A stretch of 64,000 bases of DNA from an uncultured Alphaproteobacteria bacterium. Its GTDB lineage: Bacteria; Pseudomonadota; Alphaproteobacteria; Rhizobiales; Xanthobacteraceae. Positions 31,801 through 43,376 of the stretch are shown here, piece after piece. Made by a program: the position numbers and the translations under genes. Under the pieces are notes generated by a model. It ran no database searches, was not told the DNA's origin, and saw nothing but the letters and a program-made list of their open reading frames with translations. The stretch spans positions 58,340 to 122,339 of the forward strand of contig CAVTXS010000032.1 in the NCBI GenBank assembly GCA_963738705.1. Reading direction: 5' to 3'. How positions within the stretch are numbered: the stretch's first letter is position 1; each line of letters begins with the position of its first letter.

Positions 31801-32923
31801 TCAGCCCCAAACCTCTCGGGAGGTTTCCACGATCATCCTGAGCTTCGCCCACTGCTCGTCCTCGGCCAGGACGTTGCCCTCCTCGGTCGAGGCGAAGCCG
31901 CATTGCGGGCTCAAGCTCAGTTGCTCCAGGTCGGCAAACTTCGTCGCCTCGTCGATGCGCCGCTTGACGTCGTCTTTCTTCTCCAGCGTCCCGGTCTTCG
32001 ACGTGACGAGCCCCAGCACAACGATCTTGTCGCCCTTGGGGAGAAAGCGCAGCGGCTCGAAGCCGCCGGCCCGCTCGGTGTCGTATTCCAGAAAATAGCC
32101 GTCGTAGTTCGTACCGCCGAGCATCGTCTCGGCAATCGGCTCGTAGCCCCCTTCCGAGATCCAGGTGGAGCGGAAGTTGCCACGGCACACATGCGTGGTG
32201 ATCGCCATGTCCTTCGGCTTTTCGGCGATCGCCTGGTTGATCGTGCGGGCATAGGCGGGCGGCAGCTTTTGCGGCTCGTCGCCGCGCTGGCGCGCTTTCT
32301 CCAGCTCGGCCGGCGAGCAGAGATAAGCCCAAGCCGTGTCGTCGAACTGCAGATAGCGGCAACCGGCGTCGTAGAACGCGCGCACCGCCTTGCGATAGGC
32401 TTTGCCGAGGTCGTCGAAGAAGGCATCGAGGTCGGGATAGACGTCCTTGCTGATCGACTGGCGCCCGCCGCGGAAATGCAGCACCGCCGGGCTCGGGATC
32501 GTCATCTTCGGCACGACCCGCGTGTTCGCCTTCAGGAACTTGAAGTGTCCGAGCATCGGATGATCGGCGGGAAAATCGACCTTGCCGGTGACGCGCACAC
32601 CCTGGGCCTTGGTCTGGACACCGTGAAACTGGATGCCCTGGCTGGTCTGGTAGAGCTCGACCCCGTCGAGCATCTCGAAGAAATCGAAATGCCACCACGC
32701 CCGGCGGAACTCGCCGTCGGTCACCGACTGCAGGCCGATGTCCTCCTGCCGCTTGATGATCTTGCGGATCTCCTCATCCTCGACCGCGCGCAAGCTGATC
32801 GGCCGTGACTTCGTTGTTCTCGCGCTTGGCGCGCGCTTCCTTCAAAGGCGCGGTGCGCAGGAGGCTGCCGACCATGTCGGCGCGGAATGGCGGCCTGGTT
32901 CTCTTCAATTCGGAGCCTCCCAT
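31801..32923 (-). pseudogene. cobalamin-independent methionine synthase II-like (MetE C-terminal / Meth_synt_2) protein, apparent +1 frameshift near 32790
   Basis: RPPFRADMVGSLLRTAPLKEARAKR..VTADQL is in one frame and RAVEDEEIRKIIKRQEDIGLQSVTDGEFRR...HVCRGNF in the next. The 1123 nt length is 3n+1. Confidence 0.75.
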
Positions 32924-32967
32924 TTTTCTTGATGCCGCTGCGGCGTTGCATGCGCTTCGCCGGCCGG

Positions 32968-33555
32968 TCATGCTTCGAAGAACACCGTTTCGCCGTCGCC
33001 TTGCAGCTTGAAGTCGAGCAGGTAGACCGGCGCCCCGGCGCGCTCCTCACGCCGCGCGATCAGCGTCGTACGGCGCGCCGGCGGCACAAGGGCGAGGATG
33101 GGATCGGCGGCGTTCGCCGCCTCGTCAGAGAAATAGATGCGGGTCACCATCTGCTTGAGCACGCCGCGCGAGAACAGGTTGACGGCGACGTGCGGGGCCT
33201 GCATCTGGCCGTTCGGCCCCGGCACGGCGCCGGGCTTGATCGTGTCGAAGGCGTAGCGGCCGGCGTCATCGGTCGCCGAGCGGCCGAAACCCTTGAACGC
33301 CGCATTGGGAAGCGCACGCGTGTCCGCCGGATGGGCGTAGCGGCCGGCCGCGTCGGCCTGCCAGATTTCCAGCATCGCATCCGGGATCGGGGCGCCATCT
33401 CCGTCGAGCACGCGGCCCTCGATGCGGATTTTCTCGCCCGAGGCGTCCGGCGTCACCAGGTTGTTGGTAATGACGTCCTGACCGCCGTAGGTCGACGGGA
33501 TCAGGCCGAACAGGAAGAAGGGACCGACCGTCGCCGAGGGCGTGATGCCCGCCAT
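32968..33555 (-). CDS. pcaG: protocatechuate 3,4-dioxygenase alpha subunit
   Basis: 195 aa with GITPSATVGPFF, IWQADAAGRYAHP and APHVAVNLFSRG. Confidence 0.9.
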   Translation of the reverse strand: MAGITPSATVGPFFLFGLIPSTYGGQDVITNNLVTPDASGEKIRIEGRVLDGDGAPIPDAMLEIWQADAAGRYAHPADTRALPNAAFKGFGRSATDDAGRYAFDTIKPGAVPGPNGQMQAPHVAVNLFSRGVLKQMVTRIYFSDEAANAADPILALVPPARRTTLIARREERAGAPVYLLDFKLQGDGETVFFEA

Positions 33556-33556
33556 C

Positions 33557-34255
33557 TCAATGCTCCATCGGAGTGGCGTTGCGTCCGCGCAAGACGATGT
33601 CGAACCGGTAGGCGAGCGCCCATTCCGGCACCGTATTCTCCAGGTCGAAAGACGAGACCATGCGGGCGCGCGCCTTCTCGTCGGTCACCGAGTTGTAGAT
33701 CGGGTCGAATGCGAACAGCGGGTCGCCGGGGAAATACATCTGCGTCACCAGGCGCGACAGGAACGAGTGGCCGAACAGCGACAGGTGGATATGCGCCGGC
33801 CGCCAGGCGTTCGGATGATTGCGCCACGGATAGGCGCCCGGCTTGATGGTGGTGAAGCGATAGTAGCCCTTGTCGTCGGTGACGACGCGGCCGGCACCGG
33901 TGAAGTTCGGATCGAGCGGCGCCGGGTGCTGGTCGACGACATGGACGTAGCGGCCAGCGGCGTTGCACTGCCAGATCTCGATCAGCGTGTTCGGCACCGG
34001 CCTCGCGTCTTCGTCGAGCACGTGGCCGTGCACGATGATGCGCTCGCCGAGCGGCTCACCGGCATGCCGCGTGGTGAGGTCGTCGTCCCCGGGCCGGACG
34101 CTCTCGTGGCCATAGACCGGCCCGGTCAGCTCCGACAGCGTATGCGGCAGGATGATCAGCGGCTGCTTCGGCGAGCGCTTCGCCGTGCTGCGGTATCCGG
34201 AATAATCGTAAGCCGGATGCGCTTTCGCGCTCTGCGGCGGAAACATCATGGTCAT
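33557..34255 (-). CDS. pcaH: protocatechuate 3,4-dioxygenase beta subunit
   Basis: Start MTMMFPP at 34255. Contains IEIWQCNAAGRYVH and WRPAHIHLSLFG. The upstream tracked extension is REP-derived. Confidence 0.9.
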   Translation of the reverse strand: MTMMFPPQSAKAHPAYDYSGYRSTAKRSPKQPLIILPHTLSELTGPVYGHESVRPGDDDLTTRHAGEPLGERIIVHGHVLDEDARPVPNTLIEIWQCNAAGRYVHVVDQHPAPLDPNFTGAGRVVTDDKGYYRFTTIKPGAYPWRNHPNAWRPAHIHLSLFGHSFLSRLVTQMYFPGDPLFAFDPIYNSVTDEKARARMVSSFDLENTVPEWALAYRFDIVLRGRNATPMEH

Positions 34256-34279
34256 GGAAAGCTCCTCCATTCCTCCTTT

Positions 34280-34372
34280 CGTCATGGCCGGGCTTGTCCC
34301 GGCCATCCACGTCTTGCTTCGGACGACCCGAAAGGAAGACGTGGATGCCCGGCGCAAGGCCTGGCATGACGG
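34280..34372. repeat. REP hairpin, family A
   Basis: cgtcatggccgggcttgtcccggccatccacgtctt...aagacgtggatgcccgg...ctggcatgacgg, between the thiolase and pcaH genes. Confidence 0.75.
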
Positions 34373-34373
34373 C

Positions 34374-35584
<1,211 letters not shown>

Positions 35585-35671
35585 TCGGTTCTCCTTGCCG
35601 GCCGCATGCCGTATGTGCTCGCCGCTCTTTTATATGACGGGGGCGCCGCGGCAAGGGCCATTGCCGAGGCG

Positions 35672-36433
35672 TCAGCCCAGGTATGCGCCGCCGTTCACAT
35701 GGATGGTCTGACCCGTGATGTAGCGGGCGTTCGGACCGCACAGGAAACGGACCGTCGCGGCGATCTCCTGTACGGCACCGAGCCGACCGGCGAGGATCTT
35801 GCTCGTCGCATGGTGGGCCGGCGCCGGCCCGCTACCCTGCCGCGCGGTGTCGATGAAGCCGGGCGCGAGGCAATTCACGGTCACCCCATGCTCGGCGAGG
35901 TCGTGCGCCAGTCCGCGGGTGAAACCGACCAGCCCGGACTTCGCGGTCACGACGTGCAGCCGGTCCTTCGATCCGGTGTGCCCGCTCAAGCCGCCCAGGT
36001 TGACGATCGAAGCCTGCCCGCTGCGCCGGATGTGGGGCAGGCAGGCCTGCACGCAGTGGAAGGCCCCGTCGAGGATGCAGCCAGTGATCTGCCGCCATTC
36101 CTCGAACGTCATGGTGTCGAGCTTGCTCTCGCGCCGCAGCGCGGCGTTGTTTACCAGGACGTCGATGCCGCCGAAACGCTCGAGCGCGAGCGCCACCATG
36201 CGGTCGACCGCGGCACGATCCGTGACGTCGCCAAGCGCCACGGCCGCGCGCCCGCCGCCGGCCTCGATCTCGCGCGCCACGGCATCCGCCTCCGCCGCAT
36301 TGGAACGCGCATTGACCACGACCGCGGCCCCTGCAGCCGCAAGTTCAAGGGCGATCGCCCGCCCGATATTACGGCCGGCGCCAGTGACGATCGCGACGCG
36401 CCCCTCGAGCTCCTTGGTTCCGTTCATCGTCAT
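35672..36433 (-). CDS. SDR-family oxidoreductase (FabG-like)
   Basis: VAIVTGAGRNIGRAIA, NNAA. The start overlaps the upstream stop (TAATG). Confidence 0.85.
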   Translation of the reverse strand: MTMNGTKELEGRVAIVTGAGRNIGRAIALELAAAGAAVVVNARSNAAEADAVAREIEAGGGRAAVALGDVTDRAAVDRMVALALERFGGIDVLVNNAALRRESKLDTMTFEEWRQITGCILDGAFHCVQACLPHIRRSGQASIVNLGGLSGHTGSKDRLHVVTAKSGLVGFTRGLAHDLAEHGVTVNCLAPGFIDTARQGSGPAPAHHATSKILAGRLGAVQEIAATVRFLCGPNARYITGQTIHVNGGAYLG

Positions 36434-37807
36434 TATCCGCGCAGTGGGCTGAGATCGATCGGTCCATCATACAGCCTGCGCGCCAGCGCGAGGGCGGCAT
36501 CGATACGCTGCGCGCTCCAGCCGCCGTGATCGGCAGTTGAGGGCGAACTTCTCTTCGACATCGGCGCGCGTCAGCGGCTCGTGCGCCCCGCCGCGCAAAT
36601 GCGGTTGCCGCTCTTCGATGACGCGGCCGTCGCGCAGCCGGACCCGGACGTGGCCGGTGTACTCGTCCGGATAGGGGTTTTGCGGATCGATCTCGTAGCG
36701 GACCTTGGCGGCGACCGCGAGCACCTGCGGGTCGCGGACCGCCTCGTCGGTGAACGAGGCGAGGCCGACGCCGCCGTGCACGAGGCCGGCCGCGACCGCG
36801 TAGGGCACGCTGAACTTCGCCGCAAAACCGTTCGGCGGCGCTTGCTTGTCGGCGAGCGGCTCCCACAGCCGATGCACGATGCCATCCGCGGTCTCGCAGA
36901 CGATCTCGTCGATGTCCTGGGCCGGAATACCGAGCGCGTGCAGGCGCCGCGCGCAGTCGATGTACGGCTGCGCCATGGTGCCGCACGGATAGGGCTTGAA
37001 GGCCAGCGTCTCGGTCACCCATCGCTCGCCGAAACCGCCAGTGAGCGCGGCGAAATTGCCGTCGGCGCTCCGCGCGAAGCCGTGGAACAGGCCATGCACG
37101 CCCTCGAACACGGTGCGCGGGCCGACAAAACCGGCGCGCGCCAACAGCGCGGCGCGCAGGCCGGACTGCCCGGCCCAGCCGGCATGCATGCGTTTCGGCC
37201 ACGTGCCTTCGGCCAGATACTCGATGATGCCGCTCGCCATGCTGCCGGCGACGCCGAGCGCATCGACCAGGGCGCGGGGCGGGAGCTTGAGCGCGGCACC
37301 GACACCGGCCGCAGCACCCATGGTGCCGAACACGGCCGTTGGATGGAAGCCTGCCTTGTGCACGGCCTTCGGGATGACCGTGCTCAAGCGGCACAACACC
37401 TCGACGCCGACCGCGATGCCGAGCAGCGCGGACGGTCCGTCCGGATTATGGCGCTCGCAGGCGGCGAGCACCGCCGGCACGACCACGGCGCCGGCATGCA
37501 CCGGCCCGCCCTCGAACGTATCGTCGAAATCCTCGCCGTGCGCCGCCGTGCCGTTGACGAAGGCCGCGCCGGCAGTCGACAGGGTCCGCGCGTGGCCGAT
37601 CACCGTGCATGGGCCGTCGTCGTCCCAGCCATGCATCGCGCTTCGCACGTAGTCCTGGTTGCGCGCGGTGACGGCGAGGCCGATGACGTCCAGCAGGAGG
37701 TCCCGGCACTTCGCACGCACGGCTTGCGGCAGGCCTTGGGCGTCGAGACCGGCGATGCGATCGGCCAGCTCCTCGGCGACGGCGCGTGTTGGAAGGCGTG
37801 AATTCAT
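36433..37807 (-). pseudogene. MmgE/PrpD-family protein, apparent +1 frameshift near 36535 affecting the last 30 or so codons
   Basis: MNSRLPTRAVAEELADRI..GTAAHGEDFDDT..., C-terminus DHGGWSAQRIDAALALARRLYDGPIDLSPLRG is in another frame. The 1375 nt length is 3n+1. Confidence 0.8.
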
Positions 37808-37828
37808 GCGCGAGATTCGCCAGTGCTT

Positions 37829-37948
37829 CGTCATGCTCGGCCTTGTGCCGGGCATCCACGTCTTCCTTCTAACTCACAGTAAGCAAGACGTGGATGGCCG
37901 GGACAACCCTCGCAATCGCTGTGGCGATTGCTCGCCCGGCCATGACGA
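37829..37948. repeat. REP hairpin, family A
   Basis: cgtcatgctcggccttgtgccgggcatccacgtctt..aagacgtggatggccggg...cccggccatgacg, between the permease and PrpD-like genes. Confidence 0.75.
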
Positions 37949-37955
37949 AGGAGAG

Positions 37956-39677
37956 TCAGGTATTCCGCAGCCGCACCCCGCCGCCGAAGCCGGGGATGCG
38001 GTTGACGAAGCTGACGACCACGAAGGTGATGATGAGCATGGTCAACCCGAGGACCGCGATGGCGGCGAGGTCGCCGCTTTCCTTGAGGTCGAAGATCAAG
38101 ACCGACATCGGCCGCGTCTCCGAGGTGAACAGCATGATCGCGGCCGACAGCTCGCGCATGACCGAGACGAAAATGAAGCACCAGGTCGCGATCACGCTGG
38201 TGCGCAACAGCGGCGCCGTGATCTGCCGCAACGTCTGCAGGCGGGTGGCGCCGAGGATGCGGCTGGCGTCTTCCAAGTCGCCGTGTACGGCGCGCAAGGC
38301 CGACTGCAGTTGCTGGTAGGCGGCCGGCAACTCGATCGTGACGTAGGCGATCAGCAGGATCCAGAGCGTGCCGTAGAGCACGAACGGCGGCCGCGTGTAG
38401 CTCAGAAACAGGCCGACGCCGAGCACGATGCCCGGAATGGCGATCGGCGCCGTCGCCAGGAAGCCGAGCACGCGATAGCCGGTCACAGCCTGGCGCGCCG
38501 TCAGATAGGCGATCACCAGCGCCAGCACCGTGCCGATCGTCGCCGCCAGCGTCCCAAGGATGAAGGTGTTCTGCAGCGCCGGCTTGGTCGCCGACAGCTC
38601 GAAGAACACGAAATGGATGTTCTTGAAGGTGAAATTGTCGAACCAGATCGGCTGCGAGGCCACGCGCGAGAACGTGGCGTTGAACAGCGCGAAATACGGC
38701 AGGAACACCGGCAGCATCAGCACGCCGAACGCCAGCGCGAGCGCGACCCATTTGAGCCAGCCGAGCCGCACCAGCCGCGGCTCGCCGGTCTTGCCGCCGA
38801 CCACCGAATAGCCGCGGCGGCCGAGCACCAGCTGCTGCGCGCGCAAGAGCACGATCGTTACTACGAGCAGCGGCAGCGAGGCGGCCGCGGCCAGTTCCGG
38901 CTTCGGCGGATACTGAAACAGGCTCCAGATCTTCGTCGTCATGGTGTGGAAGCCGGCCGGCAGCGCCAGGATCGCGGGCGAGCCGAACAGGGTCATCGCC
39001 TGCAGAAAGGCGACGAGCGCGCCGGCGAGCACGGCCGGCAGCGCCAGCGGAATCGTGATCCGCCGGGCGGTCGTCCAGGTGCGCCCGCCGAGGATCGCGG
39101 AAGCGTCCTCCAGATCGCCGGGAATGCGGTCGAGCGCATTGGCGACGAGGACGAACACGTAGGGGAACGTGTAGCAGGAGATGACGAAGATCAGGCCCGT
39201 CAGCGAATAGATGTTGAACAGGTATTCGTCCATCTCGGCGCCGGCGAGCACCCGGTAGGCCTTGTTCAACAAACCGCTGTTGGGCGCGGCCAGGAGCTCC
39301 CAGGCGATCGCGCCGAGAAACGGCGGGGTGACGAACGACGCCATCACCAGCGAGCGGATGGTGTTGCCGAAAGGCATGTCGGTGCGCGCAACCAGCCATC
39401 CCATCGGGGCGGCAATCGCGCAGCAGATGATGCCCGACGAGACCGCGAGCGTCAGCGTGGTGATCAACGGATCGACGAACGCCGGATCGGTGAACAGCTG
39501 GCGGAAATTGCCGAGCGTGAACGCGCCGGTGCGGTCCGTGACGCTGTAGATGACCAGCCAGGAGACCGGCAGGATCACCAGCACGCAGAGCAGCGCCGCG
39601 AACGCGATCATCACCGGCTGAGACAGATCGAACGCGATCCGCCGCGCCTCCATGCGCGCCGGCAGCGCGACGGTCAT
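37956..39677 (-). CDS. ABC transporter permease, fused two-domain (iron(III)-type, FbpB-like)
   Basis: 573 aa with two BPD-transport domains, each carrying an EAA-like loop (DLEDASAILGG.., DLEDASRILGA..). Confidence 0.85.
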   Translation of the reverse strand: MTVALPARMEARRIAFDLSQPVMIAFAALLCVLVILPVSWLVIYSVTDRTGAFTLGNFRQLFTDPAFVDPLITTLTLAVSSGIICCAIAAPMGWLVARTDMPFGNTIRSLVMASFVTPPFLGAIAWELLAAPNSGLLNKAYRVLAGAEMDEYLFNIYSLTGLIFVISCYTFPYVFVLVANALDRIPGDLEDASAILGGRTWTTARRITIPLALPAVLAGALVAFLQAMTLFGSPAILALPAGFHTMTTKIWSLFQYPPKPELAAAASLPLLVVTIVLLRAQQLVLGRRGYSVVGGKTGEPRLVRLGWLKWVALALAFGVLMLPVFLPYFALFNATFSRVASQPIWFDNFTFKNIHFVFFELSATKPALQNTFILGTLAATIGTVLALVIAYLTARQAVTGYRVLGFLATAPIAIPGIVLGVGLFLSYTRPPFVLYGTLWILLIAYVTIELPAAYQQLQSALRAVHGDLEDASRILGATRLQTLRQITAPLLRTSVIATWCFIFVSVMRELSAAIMLFTSETRPMSVLIFDLKESGDLAAIAVLGLTMLIITFVVVSFVNRIPGFGGGVRLRNT

Positions 39678-39702
39678 TCGCCGCTACCGAATCGCGCTGC
39701 CC

Positions 39703-39834
39703 CGTCATGGCCGGGCTTGTTCCGGCCATCCACGTCTTCGCTTCCACAGCGCTCGAGAAGGAAGACGTGGATGCCCGGCATGCAGACAAGTGTACGCAGT
39801 CTGCCCAAGTTTGACTGCGCGCCGGGCATGACGA
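39703..39834. repeat. REP hairpin, family A
   Basis: cgtcatggccgggcttgttccggccatccacgtctt..gaagacgtggatgcccggcatg...gccgggcatgacg, between the binding-protein and permease genes. Confidence 0.75.
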
Positions 39835-39867
39835 GGGTGGTAGGCCGCTTCATGGGCAGGCTGGTCG

Positions 39868-40933
39868 CTAGACTTTGAAGATCTGCGCGTAGCGGGTCTT
39901 GATCTGCTTCGGCGTCGCGCTCGACGCCGGCGGGATCCTCCTTCATCAGCTTGATCTCGGACAGCGGGCGGACGCCGGGCTTTTCCACCGTCTGGCCATG
40001 CGCCGAATACTGGCGGGCGACGTCGACGAACATCTGCTGGGCCTCCCGCGTGTGCATCCAGTTCTGGAACAGGCGCGCGGCGTTGGGATTGGGCGCGGCC
40101 TTGAACACCGCGCTCGGGCCGGTGGCAAGCGGCGTCCCCTCCTCCGGATAGACGATCTCGACCGGCTGCCCGTCCTCCTTGTACCGGATCACCAGGTAGC
40201 CCGCGCCGTCAACCATGACGGCGCGTTCGCCGAGCGAAATCTTCTTGGGCGTGTCGGTCGCCGATTGCACCTGCATGACGCGCTGTTTGGCCAGCTTCTC
40301 GAAATAGTCCCAGCCCAGATCGCGCGCGATCTGGAACGTCGCGTTCATGATGGTGCCGCTGTAGGCCGGATGCGCCTTGACCAGCTTGCCCGCCCATTTC
40401 GGATCGAGCAGATCCTTGAAGCTCTTCGGCGCATCCTCCTTTTTCACCAGGTTGGTGTTGTAGCCGAGCGGCGAGACCAGGATGCGGCTCGTCACATGCA
40501 GCCCGTCCGGGTCGTAGTAGCTCTTGTCGAAATGTTTGGCGACTTCCTCCGGCAGGTATGGCGCAAGCCAGCCGTTGCGGGTCCAGACGATGCAGTGCGC
40601 CTGATCCGACGTATTGACCACATCGACGCTGTGGATGTTGGAGCCGTACTCCTGGTCGATACGGCTGAACACGCGCTCGGCGCCGGAGCGCTGGACGCGC
40701 ACGGCGATGCCGGGAAACTTCGCCTCGAAGGCCTTGGCAAGCTGCTGGGCGAACGCCAGGTCCATGGCGGTGTAGAAGGCGAGCTTGCCCTCCTTCTTGG
40801 CCGCCTCGACCAGCGCCGGCGTGATCGCGGCAGGCTCCGGTGCGGCGGCGCGCAGGGGCGCGGCGAAGGCGGTCGCCGCCAGCGCCGTCGAACCTTTCAG
40901 GACAGCGCGCCGTGAGATTTTTCTGGTCCGCAT
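39868..40933 (-). pseudogene. ABC transporter periplasmic binding protein (Fe3+/family-1 type), copy 2, apparent +1 frameshift near 39910 (last 13 or so codons)
   Basis: Tat-like signal MRTRKISRRAVLKGS. Paralog of 41059..42123. The expected C-terminus QIKTRYAQIFKV* is in the adjacent frame. Confidence 0.8.
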
Positions 40934-40967
40934 GACCGTTCCCTGTGTTCTGAAAGACTTCCTTTCT

Positions 40968-41056
40968 CGTCATGCCCGGCCTGCCGGGCATCCACGTCTT
41001 TTTCTGCCAGCCGACAAGCAAGACGTGGATGGCCGGGACAAGCCCGGCCATGACGG
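40968..41056. repeat. REP hairpin, family A
   Basis: cgtcatgcccggcctgccgggcatccacgtctt..aagacgtggatggccgggacaagcccggccatgacgg, between the two binding-protein paralogs. Confidence 0.75.
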
Positions 41057-41058
41057 AG

Positions 41059-42123
41059 TCACACCCTGAACAGCTGGGTGTACTTTGTCTTGATCTCCTC
41101 GGCCTGCTTCTCGACCGCCGCCGCGTCGTCCTTCATGGTCTTGATCTCGGCAAACGGCTTGCGTTCCGGCTTCTCCTTGGTTTGCGGATGCATCGAGCGC
41201 AATCCGCCGACGTCGATGATGAGCTGCTGCCCCTCCTGGCTGAAGCAATAGCTCTGGAACAGCCGCGCGGCGTTCGGGTTCGGCGCCTGCTTGAAGATCG
41301 CATTGGGCCCGATGATCAGCGGCGAGCCCTCGGCGGCGTAGACCGGCTCGACCGGCTGCCCCGTCTCCTTGAGCTGATGGATCAGGTACTCGACGCCGTC
41401 CGCCTGCACAGCGCGTTCGCCGAGCGCGAGCTTCTTCGGCGGATCGGCGGCCGACTGCACCTGCATCACCCGCTGCTTGGCGAGCTTCTCGAAATAGCCC
41501 CAGCCGAGGTCGCGCGAGATCTGATAGGTCGCGGTCATGATCGTGCCGCTGTAGCCCGGATGCGCCTTGACGATCTTGCCGGCCCATTTCGGTTCGAGCA
41601 GGTCGGCGAAGCTCTTCGGCGCCTCCTCGGCCTTCACCAGGTTGGTATTGTAGGCGATCACGCTCAGGAACACGCGGAAGCTCGCGAACTGGCCGTCGGG
41701 ATCTTTGTGCTCGGCCGGATAGTGCTTGGCGACGTCCTCCGGCACATAAGCCGCGAGCAGACCGTCGCGCTTCCACACGATGAGGTGCGCGGCGTCCGAT
41801 GAGTTGACCACGTCGACCGCGTAGATGCGGCTGCCATATTCCTGGCCGATGCGCTGAAACACCCGCTCGGCGCCCGAGCGCTCGACCCGCACGGCGACGC
41901 CGGGGTACTTCGCCTCGAACGCCTTCGACACTTTCTCGGCGAGCGGCAGGTCGACCGAGGTGTACCAGACGACCTTGCCCTCCTTCTGGGCGGCCGCGAT
42001 CAGATCCGGCGTGACGGTGCTGGCTGGCGGGGCGGCCGCGACCGCGACCCGCGGCACAATCGACGCGGCGGCAAGCGCCGCCGACGTCTTCAACAAGCCC
42101 CGGCGCGAGAGCCCTTTGTGCAT
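41059..42123 (-). CDS. ABC transporter periplasmic binding protein (Fe3+/family-1 type), copy 1
   Basis: Start MHKGLSRRGLLKTS at 42123. Collinear with copy 2 throughout (…VVWYTSVDLPLAEK…KAHPGYSGTIM…). Confidence 0.85.
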   Translation of the reverse strand: MHKGLSRRGLLKTSAALAAASIVPRVAVAAAPPASTVTPDLIAAAQKEGKVVWYTSVDLPLAEKVSKAFEAKYPGVAVRVERSGAERVFQRIGQEYGSRIYAVDVVNSSDAAHLIVWKRDGLLAAYVPEDVAKHYPAEHKDPDGQFASFRVFLSVIAYNTNLVKAEEAPKSFADLLEPKWAGKIVKAHPGYSGTIMTATYQISRDLGWGYFEKLAKQRVMQVQSAADPPKKLALGERAVQADGVEYLIHQLKETGQPVEPVYAAEGSPLIIGPNAIFKQAPNPNAARLFQSYCFSQEGQQLIIDVGGLRSMHPQTKEKPERKPFAEIKTMKDDAAAVEKQAEEIKTKYTQLFRV

Positions 42124-42164
42124 GCCCTTCCTCCCATTGTTTTCATTGTTGTGTCTCGATGGCC

Positions 42165-43226
42165 TCAACCCGCAAGAGCCCGGCACCGTTCCGCCGGCAA
42201 GTGCAGCCACACCGCGCTGCCCGGCGGCACGCTCTGCTCGGCTTGCGTGACCACCCGCAGCTGCGTGCCCCCCGCCACTTCGACCATATAGTCGCGGCTA
42301 CCGCCGAGGAAGACTTGGCGGATCACGCTCGCCGGAACCAGGTTCTCCCCCTCGTCGGGCCGCGCGGTGGTCAGCCGGATGTCGTGTTGTCGGATGGAGA
42401 CCGGCGTCTCGCGTCCCGAAGTCAGCGTCGCCCCGCTGCAGCGCAACGGCACGCCGCCGAGCTCGATGTGGGCGGCGTCCAGGCTCTTTCCCCGCACCAC
42501 GTTGCTCGACCCGATGAAGCGCGCAACGAATTCCGAGCGCGGCCGATAATAGATGTCCTCCGGCGAGCCCGCCTGCTCGATCCTGCCGGCATTCATCACC
42601 GCGATCAGATCGGCGGTGGTCATCGCTTCCGACTGGTCGTGCGTGACGTAAACCGTCGTGTAGCGATACTCGTCGTGCAGCCGGCGGACCTCGAAGCGCA
42701 TTTCCTCGCGCAGGTTGGCATCGAGATTCGACAGCGGCTCGTCGAGCAGCAAAGTCTCCGGCTCGACGATCAGCGCACGCGCCAACGCCACCCGCTGCTG
42801 CTGGCCGCCCGACAATTCACCCGGATAGCGATCGCTCAGCGCCTCCAGCCGGGTGGTCGCCAAGATCGCCCCGAGCTTGTTGGCGATCGTGCCGCGGTCC
42901 AGTTTGCGCAGCTTCAGTCCGTAGGCAATGTTCTCGGCCACCGTCATGTGCGGCCAGAGCGCGTAGCTCTGGAAGATCATCGACATGTTGCGCTGCTCCG
43001 GCGGCAGCGTGCGCGACGGCGAAGACACCACGCGCTCGCCGACCTGAATTTCGCCGTTCGAGGGCTCGAGGAACCCGGCGATCAGCCGCAGAGTCGTGGT
43101 CTTGCCGCAGCCCGAGGGGCCGAGCAGACAGACCAGCAGCCCATGCTCGACACGCAGCGAGACGTCGTCGACGACCGGAACGGCGCCGAAGCGCTTGGTC
43201 AGGCCGCGCAGTTCGACCGATGCCAC
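42165..43226 (-). CDS. ABC transporter ATP-binding protein (FbpC/PotA-like with C-terminal TOBE-type domain)
   Basis: Walker A GPSGCGKTT, signature LSGGQQQRVALARAL, Walker B LLLDEP. GTG start with GGAGG upstream. Confidence 0.9.
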   Translation of the reverse strand: MASVELRGLTKRFGAVPVVDDVSLRVEHGLLVCLLGPSGCGKTTTLRLIAGFLEPSNGEIQVGERVVSSPSRTLPPEQRNMSMIFQSYALWPHMTVAENIAYGLKLRKLDRGTIANKLGAILATTRLEALSDRYPGELSGGQQQRVALARALIVEPETLLLDEPLSNLDANLREEMRFEVRRLHDEYRYTTVYVTHDQSEAMTTADLIAVMNAGRIEQAGSPEDIYYRPRSEFVARFIGSSNVVRGKSLDAAHIELGGVPLRCSGATLTSGRETPVSIRQHDIRLTTARPDEGENLVPASVIRQVFLGGSRDYMVEVAGGTQLRVVTQAEQSVPPGSAVWLHLPAERCRALAG

Positions 43227-43242
43227 TTTAACTCCTCCCTGG

Positions 43243-43376
43243 GCGTCATTCCGGGGCGCACAAAAGGTGCGAACCTAGAAATCCATGCTGGTTGGCCGAA
43301 CTCGGGAATGCCCCATTTCGGCTGGCCCCCGGAATAGTGGATTGCCGGGTCGAGCCCCGCAACGAGGACGAATGCG
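43243..43376. repeat. REP-like palindromic region (gcgtcattccgggg...ccccggaat...)
   Basis: Inverted repeats at about 43246..43256 and 43326..43336, between the CoA-transferase stop and the ABC ATPase start. Confidence 0.5.
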